Source: Lingula anatina (taxonomy: Eukaryota; Animalia; Brachiopoda). Taken from it: 64,000 nucleotides of DNA. Under the pieces are notes generated by a model. The model saw only the letters and a program-made list of their open reading frames with translations, was not told the origin of the DNA and ran no database searches. The stretch covers positions 18,228,001-18,292,000 of the forward strand of contig CM120646.1 of assembly GCA_051362555.1 (NCBI GenBank). Direction: 5' to 3'. Below, in pieces: positions 54,001-64,000 of the stretch (positions within the stretch are counted from its first letter, which is position 1; every line of letters begins with the position of its first letter). The translations under genes were made by a program, and so were the position numbers.

Positions 54001-56750
54001 TTTCTTTAAGAAGCAATTCTAGACCACAAGTCCACTTATTGCTTAGATTCCCATTAGTAGTGCTGATCTGTTTTTATCATCCAATACCTAAATTATGGCA
54101 CCCTGCTCTTTCTCATTTTAACTGACACCCTGTCCGACTTTCTCCCTTGTATCCCTTAGTGTTTTTTAGCTGCACTTATACCCCGTTCACACTACAGTTG
54201 CCAAAATGCGCATTTCTATAATTCGGATTTTTCGTAAGGAATCCGATTCGGTATTGCGTTCACACTCGCTAAGCGAATCCGAATCCCACGTTGAAAATTT
54301 CAGGTTTAACTTCCTGTTTTGAACACTCGCGCATGCGCCGCACAGGAAATCTTAAAATATCAACAAAAATTTGTGACGACAAATGCAACTCAAAAGACAT
54401 TCCAGCATTCTTGAGAAGTATAAGGTAGCAAAATAAGTTTGTTTCCTCATGTTGTAGTGAGTGGTGACCTCCAAATACGTTTGGTGCAATCGCTAAAGTA
54501 ATAAACCAGCGTTCATAGATACCCGCACTTATCTGCACACATGCGCAGTAAGATCTGTACAGGTGTCGATTCCGGTAAGTTATCCGGATCGCGCTTAGAA
54601 ATCCACCTCGCTTGCAGGATTTTGAAAATGCGCATTTTCAAAATCCTCTTGCGTTCACACTACTGCATTTATTCGAATTGTGACCTAATTCGCAACTTAT
54701 CCGGATAACTGAGCGTAGTGTGAACGGGGTATTTGACACCCCTCAATTTTCTTATCCTTTAGAAATCTTACCCCATTCTCTCTCTATAATTTTATCTATT
54801 TTTTCATCCCCTTTGATATCCTCTCGCTGAGTATCCCTGCTTTTCCTCACCCCCTAAGATACCCAACCTTTTCCCACTTTTCTGGGTATCCCTGTTTTTC
54901 TGCATCCCCTCAGCTATCCCCTCCCCCATCCCTGGGTATCCCTGCTTTTTCTCAGCTCCTTTCTGACAGATGTCTAGACAGAAGCACAGGAAACCAGTGC
55001 ACTAAAGCAACAAATACTCTGTAGGCTACAGGAGCCCCAAGAGGTAGTGTTACATAGACAAAGCACCTGCCAGCCCACTACACAGTAGTTGTGACCTTGG
55101 GAAGATCTCATCTGGGTGTGAGATACTTTTCATTTGCCACTGGCTGCTGTTTGCCTTTTTTATTTCATTTAGAACATTTCTTTATCATCTTAAAAAAGAA
55201 CTGCTTTTCTGTTGTTATTGTATCATCTCCTTCTCACACTGGCTCTTTCAAGTATCTGCTCAACTTTTGGATCTTTTTCAACTTTTCAATCTTCCAACCC
55301 TTCAGGTATCACAATATTGGAGTTGTTTGGGTTATCTTGTTCAATGCCATCTATTGTCACTTGGGGAAGTTTTTTCACTTATCTAATATCTTTCTTGGAC
55401 GAACAATTTTGGGCATAGTTGAATGAATATTTTGTGTTACAGCAAGGGGAATTTGTACCTGCTTTTTTCAGGAATTACTATATTTTAAAGGAGGTCTGTG
55501 GGATGGAATAAAGATCCTCTATTCTGATATATTGGATGGTAACACAGTAATAAGGGCAAGGGTATCATCCATGATTGAAAATGGCTGAGACATGATCAGT
55601 CACCTACAACAATAGCCCTTTTTTTCAGATGTCAAACTCATTTAAAACAGTTTCACGCAGTTATTTCCCCAAAAACCAGCCAAACAGACTTGCATAAAAT
55701 CAAACCTGCCAGACATATCGGTTTAAATTGAGTTGCCACTCTCAACTTCATATCTCCCTGACATCAAGATGATATTTTGGCACTGCAAACTTCAAAACGC
55801 CAGTTCCAATTAATTTCTTGGCCCCCAGGTGAACAATTCCAAAAAAACTCCTTCCTCTTATATATGCATATAACTATCAAATCTGCCCGATCATTAATTT
55901 CAATTGAGGTGCCACACGCGCAGCTTGATTTCATTTTGATAGCCGGATCATCTTTTGACATCATCCACTTCAGAATGGTTCCAAACCTGGCATCTCTTGA
56001 GGGGGAAATCTACATCAAATACCATTACTTGATAGCAATAGGGATAATATTATCAATAATCCCCTTCCTTTAATTTGAACACAAAATGAAAACCCAAAGG
56101 CAACAAATTGTATTAGAAAGAATGAATGGTCTGAGCGATGTCAACCCTGGTCAAGCGTGGGGAGGGAATTTAAAAGCTATTTCCAAGCCGAGGGGTTCTT
56201 CTTAATTCAATATAAATGCACATCACCAGCAAGGGGTTAAAAATGGATTTTTACCAGTTCTGTAATGTATATAAGTTTTCCGGCTTAGAAGTATTTTCTG
56301 CAGGTCAAATTGGGCGATTTACTCTAATGGTATCTGAAAAATCCTTTTCAATGTGCAAAATACAACAGGCCATGCCACACGTAGAGACAAGACACAGGCG
56401 GCCTTAAAACTTTCCAGTACTCTGCCAGTACAACAAAAACCATTGAGGACAAAAACACGTACTTAAGCTGGTGATCATATATTAACATTTTTGACCTTAA
56501 GCTTTACAATTGCTCATCTGGCCACTTTTAGCAACTTTTAAGGTCAAAATTTGACAACCTTGAATGCTTTATTGTGAATTACAATACACGTAAGGAAGCA
56601 AAAATTGTTCTGTTGTAGCAAGGTTATAAACTCTATTCCACGGCACTCTTATAAATGTAGTAATTCATAATATATACATAAAATACTTCTGCTGTTGCAA
56701 AAAAGCACAACACAGAAATTGAAGATTTTGAAAGTTAGCATCTTCCAAGT

Positions 56751-56810
<60 letters not shown>

Positions 56811-57405
56811 ACCAGTTGTGTGTTCCTATCAATGACATAAGTACCTGTGGGCTGAGACCACCTGATCAATCTCTGCCTTATAGGAATGTGCCAAAAATGT
56901 ATTATCCATCTTGATGGTACCAAAATCATGTTCCCCATGATTCCCACCCAAGAAAGGTCCAGCTCCCACAACAAACTTTATGGGTGTCTTGACATGTTAC
57001 ATAGAAGTCAACTTTGATTCTTATAGAGCAGGTAATGTGGAAAGGACTTGCTGAATTAAGGTGACTATATATTTATTATCACTTCTATAAATAATTCCAA
57101 TTTGATGAGCTTGAAAATTTTCAACCTATTGGACATGCACTAAAGACTCACATTTCAACTGATTTCATGAACAAATTTTAACATTTTAAGGTCTGGTGTC
57201 GTCTTATTGGGACAAATTAAGAGCACTTCATGATACACATGCATACTCGTATTCACATAGACCCATATGTGGCTGTGCGAACAAACATGCATATGTACCT
57301 GTGTGAACACGCACACAACTCATTATGCCCATTGATGAGTATATACTCACTGTAGAAGATGGCTACCAGCACCAGGACCCACAGATTCCCCCTCAGCGTA
57401 CTCAT
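27917..57405 (-). CDS. robo: Roundabout (Robo) axon-guidance receptor, ~1590-1630 aa depending on the alternative exon used
   Basis: Exons (minus): 57405-57351 (signal), 44925-44599 (Ig1), 41820-41542, 41249-40983, 40591-40467, 40202-40043, 39918-39721, 39307-39218, 38955-38768, 38479-38329, 37895-37765, 37476-37215, 36936-36821, 36677-36512, 36157-36017 (TM), 35777-35747, [35596-35538 or 34995-34835], 33929-33727, 33510-33378, 32766-31944, 31611-31436, 29870-29685, 29023-28883, 28678-28574, 28182-27917. Robo Ig1 signature [32 protein letters not shown]1-like [10 protein letters not shown]2 [12 protein letters not shown], and [20 protein letters not shown]. Confidence 0.93.
29620..29684. repeat. 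3 x ~22-bp tandem repeat abutting a Robo splice donor
   Basis: GGAGGTCAACAT(A/T)TCATCC-type unit at 29620, 29642 and 29663. Confidence 0.85.
30660..30698. repeat. (AAAT)n microsatellite
   Basis: About 9 AAAT units. Confidence 0.9.
44599..44925 (-). CDS. robo: Robo Ig1 (Slit-binding) exon
   Basis: [38 protein letters not shown]...[15 protein letters not shown]...[27 protein letters not shown], flanked by AG and GT. Confidence 0.95.
45022..45050. repeat. poly(G) tract
   Basis: ~29 consecutive G, about 100 nt from the Robo Ig1 acceptor. Confidence 0.9.
49338..49561. mobile_element. Degenerate Harbinger-like MITE in the large Robo intron
   Basis: TAA on both flanks; ends GGGTGCATTC...GAATGGGGTC; subterminal inverted repeat AGATTTAGATCGATC / GATCGATCTAAAATCT. 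Confidence 0.6.
54178..54732. mobile_element. MITE / non-autonomous DNA transposon (Harbinger-like) in the large Robo intron
   Basis: Perfect 18-bp TIR ATACCCCGTTCACACTAC / GTAGTGTGAACGGGGTAT; internal GCGTTCACACT subrepeats; CpG-rich within CpG-poor flanks. Confidence 0.82.
54740..54962. repeat. Degenerate pyrimidine-rich minisatellite
   Basis: Recurrent GTATCCCTG(C)TTTT..CCCCT words; similar words also lie left of the MITE at ~54100-54170. Confidence 0.55.
56749..56804. repeat. Compound (GT)n(GA)n microsatellite
   Basis: Read directly from the sequence. Confidence 0.95.
57351..57405 (-). CDS. robo: Probable Robo signal-peptide exon (too short for the ORF track)
   Basis: ACCACC-ATG context; [18 protein letters not shown] followed by a phase-1 donor A|GTGAGT that joins in frame to the phase-1 Ig1 exon. 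Upstream acceptor tactttcag at 57467. Confidence 0.75.
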
Positions 57406-60400
57406 GGTGGTCTAAACTCCAACCCTCATAGCACCATGGGACATGGAGAGAGGCAGTTGCTCAATTCTGAAAGTACACAAAATATTTATATATTTAAAAA
57501 AGATCCCCTATGGTCATCTTTGATTCAATATATACAGGTCAGCTTGACAACTATTAAAATACTTAAAATAGTCTTGCAGTTTAGCACACAAATCATACCT
57601 TTTAAAGAAATGCGTCAGAGACCTATTGCAATAATGCCTGACATCAAAACCATGTATATTCATGCCATTTGCATTAGTTCTGTTATGAATTTAACAGATC
57701 CTAGCATTTATTTCTGATTAATTTAAAAGCAATTATACTTTCAATCATCTGTTGCCTAACTTTATACATAATAGAAGCTTCATTCAGTATGCAACAATTT
57801 CCGCATGTCATTCCAAATATTCAACAGAAATAAGATATAATGAAGCAATGATAGCAGTAATTTCCGATGACCTGGGATCATCAACTCCAAGGCCACAAAT
57901 AATATGACATCGATAATTCCACCTGTCCATCTAATGGAATAAAGTCAAGTATCCTGGCAGTTGTACTTAATTAACCATAACAGTAGCACAGTTTTCACAA
58001 CGGGTTACGACCTATCAATAAGAAAATATCATAAAGTTTTATGCCATGGGAGAAAGAGAAAGAGAGAGTAGGTTACTCCAGCTTTCCCTACCTTCTCTGC
58101 TTTTATGAAAAGTCATATATATAACACAAAAAAAAAAAAAAAAAAAAAAGATTTTTCATTTAGATACTGATTTTTAAACTATACATATTACTGCTGTAAG
58201 ACATTATCCATTACAATTTCAAATTCCCTCATGTTGCATTCATGATGTGGTTGTACATATTCTAACTGGTAGAGTATGCAAACATGAGCAGACCTATGTA
58301 TGTGTTAATTAACACTGTTGAAATACCAAGAGTATCGTCATTACTCAACATTTATCAGTATGTCCAACTAAATAAAGTCCAGGACAAAATCCTCCCAGTG
58401 CCATAACTCTTCTAATAACAGTCCTATACAGGTCACTGATCCTATCTTTTAAGACAGCATACTTGCAAATAATGTTCACTGGCTGTCAGTCTCTCTTCAA
58501 CAATCTCCGATTGTCCACTGTATTGGCACTACGTCCACAAACTGTCCAGCAAAGTGCCCCTTGAAAGTCCAGTCCTTCTGTTCAAGTCAGTGCCCGATGT
58601 CTTCTCCATCTGTCACCTCTATCATATAGCTGATCATCATTGTCATTACAACTCATTATATCCAGGTAAGATGCACACCTGTATCAGGTGATAACAAAGA
58701 CTCGCCTTGCATTAAATTTCACTTCGCATGTAATATGGTGGTATAAGCTAATGCTTCATTATATAAATCCTTTTCTGTTTAACGGGGAGATGGTATCAAA
58801 ATGATGATATACACATATATATAGAGTTATCATGTAGCCGATTTGTCATACTAAAAATATACATCATGCTATGAAATATATTCAGTTGAAAAGAGGTGTC
58901 ATCAAAATGATAACCAGCAGTTATCATGTACCTCATTCATGTACTTATGTAAGTCCTAATTTACTGTGTGATAGTGGAAAGACTATGGGTGTAAATGGTG
59001 CTTTTTAAATGAAACTGTGGTCTACCTACATATATATGTAATCTAGAATATACCACTGCCTGGCTATCAGTTCATAAATCCACCATCACAAGTGCAAAAC
59101 AATTATACAATCAATATTGTATCATCATCACACAAGCTAGTTATTCTTTTATAAAAAGCTGCGGTATCACCTGATCTTCTACAAAAACTGCAGCCTTTAT
59201 TTCTGTTAAAAATGCCACCTTTGTCCATGTGCAATTTTCAGTCCACATTGAAATTCGAAGCCAACTTGCATAAAAAACACCCAAATGCCACCAGTACTTA
59301 ATGAATTTATATCCAAACTAATGTCTTCCCCATCTGTCCCTATGCTTTGGAAATTGAAATGCTGTAACTCTATCCAGATCCAATTAATTGTTTTTTTTTT
59401 CTTTCCCAATCTGGGTTTATTAATACTCCTCCACTCTGTGCTATCTGCAGCAGAAATACACTCACTTCAATTGCTGCAGCTGTCACATAATATTAGATAA
59501 CGACAGGCTTGATTTGTTTCTACTTCTGCAAACATCATCCAGGGGAGACAAAATTATTTTTAACATTTGCCAGAAGATGTTGATATGATAACTTACGAAT
59601 GAGTCTTTCGCTCTTACAGTATTGAAGAAAAAATCACTGCAGGATACCTTTACAGTTAATATTTAGTTTACCTTTTTGGCAATACAATGGTAACATATCT
59701 TAAATGAACTAATCTGCCTCAAACTCAACTCTCTATTTAAAACTTAGTAATCAAAATTTCAGGACTTTAAAAACAAATTAATTACTTTGAGAAATTTTAT
59801 CAGTGACAATTCCTTTTTTCCCCACCAAAGTCAGCCAGTAGTTGCGATTGTCACAATACAAGCCAACATGTTATTTTACATGCAGTACACAGATGTGGTG
59901 TAATGCTATACAGACATTCATCTTATTCCATTGATAGATTTGAAAGAAAATAATAATTCAGTTATTTGAGGAGTTGAACATCTATAGTATAAGCTTTTGC
60001 ATGACTCTTTGTAAACATGTCTTACAAATCATTTTTCTGTTTTAGAAGGTGCCATCAATACCAAAAGACAAAGAAAACAGATCACATTACTTGGCATCAG
60101 AAAAGAATTAACACATCAAGTTCACTGGCAATTTTGTATTAAATCCTGAGCACAGCTCTAGTTCATTATTTCTGTAATTTGTATTGCAATGGGTGAACGG
60201 AAATTGCCGATCAGCTCGTAAAAGCTCTCGGTTCATTTAGGCTACTTTCATCTGATTCTATCACAGAGCAACAAATTAATAACTGTCACGCTCGGAAACT
60301 CTCTTTGTGAAGCAGTGCAGATACCAACTTAGAGCTTCTCCAGTAATGTTAATACACACTTCCTAATAAAACACACTGGGTTCAGACTATGAAAAAATTC

Positions 60401-62555
60401 CATTTACATTAAACGCTTTAAACCATATCATTATGCTGAGCTAAATCAAGCATTCATTTAACAAAAAAACAATATTACATTTCAATTTTTTTACGTATAT
60501 GATAAAACAAAAAATTTTCCAGCATTCAGCTCAGAAAGGATGGGACCAGCCATTAGCTGGGCAATGTTAGGCATTAAAAATCTTTAATTATATATAAGCT
60601 AGTGAAATATATAAAGAAATCATAGACATGATTGTGTTATATGAAAAAAAATCTGACAATAATGACTTATAACATATCAACTGTAGTCTATGTAAATCGG
60701 ATCAGCAAGTCAATGTATCAGCCCCTGTACATGTAATCCAGCAAATAGGCGGCAGGTAGATAATAAGGTAGCGAGATGGGGATACACCTGTCCTACATGC
60801 CTCTCTATTTCCTGTTCACCTGCTCTGACACTGGCAACAGCTCCTTCTTTTGACATCACAATTTCCTTCCACAAGACTACATGGGGGATGGGGGCTACCC
60901 ACTGAATGAATCATCTGTCTTAGTTCAGGAACACTTGTGCTCGGTCTAATCAAAATGACACTGACATTTTTTCTCAATTTTTTTTCCACAATCTAATGTA
61001 TGCCTTTCTGTGATATTTACCATTGCAAAAATTTACAGTTCTCAACTGACAATGCAATTACTCTGTGAAAAGTGTTTGAGTAATCATATTCCAGATTTCA
61101 TACAAGTGCCAAAATAAGATATATATATATATTGTAAATTAGCCATGAACATACTTTTACACAGAAGCACCAAAAAAATCTCTACTTATCAAGTTCTGCC
61201 TCATGCCAGCCTGTTTTTTCTCTTCTGTCAAATCAATTCTGTGATCTCTAAACTACCTTTTTTTTCAATGCTGATACATCCAGCTAACCTCCTTTTAGTG
61301 AAGCATTATTAATTTTGGACATCTGCTGTAGATATACCAAAAAGAATTACAGCTCAAAAATTTGTAAAATGTGTAAATGTTTTTGACAGATTCATTTATG
61401 GTTTACAACAAAAGTACTTATTGAATCAAATCATCCACCCCGTTTGGGTAAAAGGAATTTTATCCAAAAAAAAGTATAGCCAAGGAACCTTCCTGTTGAT
61501 AAGCTTTCAGTCTGGAGATTCCGTTTCCCCTCCCCTCCCTACCTCCTCCCCATTACATCCCATGCCAGTCACAGTATCCAAGTAGAAAAAACACAAAGAC
61601 ACTCGAATATTCAACAATGGAAGATGTCCACTAGAAATTCATACCCAAACCACACTGATATCTTACCCAGACTCTGGTCCTTTTCCACCCAGCTGGTCAT
61701 TCATTATAACTTGAGCCCATAGAGTTATGCATATATACAGATGATATAATAGGCTCTACTGCCCCATACCATACCAATGCATTCAGATAGCAAAGTAAAT
61801 GCTAAATGCATATTTACACCTTGCTGGGTCTGCAACAGTGGGTAGAGCAATCAAATTTTGCTTGATTGCATTCAATCAATTTTTATAGCCAAAATCCAAA
61901 AAAAAAAAAAAAAAAAAGCATGTTCAAATAGGGTCACATTATCATGGTGTTCACATAAAGAAAGGACATGAACTGGACAAAAGAGTTTTGTACTGTACCC
62001 AGTCTTCTATGTGTGAACAGAGCCTCTGGAGTGGTCTGTATACAGACTACACACATTCCAGCTGTTGAAGGTTATATGTGTATGCAGACGGTTTACCTTA
62101 TCACATTCCTACCAATCTATATGCATACCTCTTCCCTGGCCAGTCTCAGATTTCATTTCTTACATCATAATTAGTAATGAAGATCCACTCTCAGTATGTG
62201 CCTTGGTCACTGCAGGCATTCATTTCTTACCTTAGGTTTCATGCCTTACCTTATAATTACTACTCAATAATCACTTTCTTTGTGTGTCCTCCTTTTATGA
62301 TGAATTCATTTCCAACCTATCAATCTCTGTAGAGATCTGCTTTCTAGGTGTGCATTTCTCACTTGAGATTGGACAAATTATGTAATTCTCCATTTGTTGT
62401 TAATATACAAGACATCATGTTCATCACTTCATCTTGATTACATTAAGGTGCTGGCTTATGGTCTGCAAACCATACATTGCATTTCCATTGTCTGTGTTCT
62501 TCTCTCTTTACTCAACTTCTTGTGATTTTCTAGCTTTTAAATGCGCTACTTAAAA

Positions 62556-62719
62556 TATGATTTCTTACCTTAAATTTTACCTTAATTACTTAAAATATGA
62601 TTAGGTTTTCTAACCAGAGGAAGCCATTCTAATCCCTCCATTGTTCCATGCAACCTTGTTGTTATTAAAGGTGATTCATATGTATAGATCAGACTGGCTT
62701 CTTAAGGTAAGAAATCATA
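62556..62719. repeat. 18-bp inverted repeat, possible MITE remnant
   Basis: TATGATTTCTTACCTTAA (62556-62573) and its exact reverse complement (62702-62719); related TTCTTAC words at ~62150-62250. Confidence 0.55.
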
Positions 62720-64000
62720 ATTCTATAACCTGCTGAAACAATACATATCAAAGTGAGTTGTCACGTGTCTATATAAAATATCTTTTAAATTTCCATTATT
62801 TCTAGCATTCTTCCTACTTAGTTATTAAAGCAAAATAAAAGCCCTTACAGTTATCTTTGCCTCAAGAAAATTTCTCCAAGCTTGACATGTTCACTTTCAA
62901 CCTTAATTAACTCTATAGAGGTCCTTGGATACCATTTGCTATTTCACTTAATGCCACAAATAACCAAAAGCCGTGGTAATCGGTTAATTAGTGCAAAATA
63001 AAAGAAGCCCCAGGAGCTAGAGCTGCCACAAGAAGATTTTTGCTGTAAGTTAACCCTTGGGCCAGCTCTGCTGTATAACTCATGGCTACAGATTTCTGGC
63101 TACCATTTCCCCTCTAGCTGGTTATCTTGGCTCAACTGGGCATGAAAAGATGTACATTAATAAAGTAATATTTTAGTAACATTTCTGAATACTCCATTGC
63201 ACTTATATGAGAGCTTTGAAATAAGGTTGAACTGTAGGCCAGAGGCATAAAATTATTCAAACTTAAGATTAGGACTAAAGATAAATGAATTTCGTAATGA
63301 TCTGGCTATCTGTATAGTAAGCAAAACTTTACCTAGTGAAATGACAAACCTTTCTTTAAGAGCAATCCTGCACAATGCCTACGATTCCCTTGTGATGACT
63401 CTTGCAAATATTCCTCAGTTAAAATCCACCACTGTAAATCATATATTCCAGTATTGTAAATCCAAGAGTGAAGTGAGCCTGCATCTATATGTCCACAGTT
63501 TTAGCAGTGTCCAGTTCTTCACTATAACCAGTGCATAAATCCAGTGCAGAGTATCCTTGTAATCACCTGCCTGCCTGTCAGACCAGTCCACTACTACTGA
63601 CTGGCTTCAGTGTACATGTGCCAGGTGCACACCTAATAGAAGTGAACAGGCACCAATCCTTCAGGGAGTCTGATAGCCATCTTAATTTGCTCTTCAATGT
63701 CACATGACCTCTCAATCTGGACCAATTAAAACCCACAGCCCCTCTAATTATGTGCTAGACCAGCTTTAATTATAGGGTTTAGATAAAAGAGTGACTAAGA
63801 AAAAAATATGGTGCTAATGAGGGGTTGGTTATAAACGACTGCCTCCAATAAGGTTGGTGACCTTAAAACTTATTTAATGGTTTTTATTGTATTGTTTGCT
63901 GAGTTCTAAGAGTTAGACTATTGTTATGGTGCTGGTTGATGAAGTGATTAGAGCAGTGACAGGAGTTATGAAAGTGGCAAGAGGGAGAAAATTAGCATTC

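Noticed and set aside
45000-64000. Many 60-130-aa ORFs; possibility of a nested gene in the large Robo introns
   Set aside because: No recognisable protein motifs, transposase or reverse transcriptase, and no phase-consistent exon series. The plus-strand ORF 57325-57717 is merely antisense to the signal exon.

Overview
AT-rich, intron-containing animal genomic DNA, probably a marine invertebrate (lophotrochozoan-like; taxon is inferred, not proven). I spliced five protein-coding genes by hand from GT-AG boundaries and exon phase, and each gives a continuous reading frame. (1) Ly6/uPAR three-finger (quiver/sleepless-like) protein with a long stalk (+, 1896-4489). (2) Type II membrane GH13 alpha-glucosidase/SLC3(rBAT)-like protein with an intact catalytic triad, a ~475-aa N-terminal region and a ~200-aa C-terminal extension (-, 7615-16395). 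(3) Secreted group I-like phospholipase A2 (+, 18737-20342). (4) Secretin/adhesion-class 7TM receptor with a somatomedin-B-like Cys-rich ectodomain (+, 21857-25577). (5) Complete Roundabout (Robo) gene, 5 Ig + 3 FN3 + TM + CC motifs (-, 27917-57405). Several MITEs and microsatellites are also present. I saw no rRNA, tRNA, CRISPR array or autonomous transposon. The most notable observations are the unusual glucosidase/SLC3 architecture, two frame-incompatible (probably mutually exclusive) Robo juxtamembrane exons, a duplicated in-frame Robo splice donor, and an open in-frame tail behind the GPCR stop codon. None of these has been checked against databases or RNA-seq.
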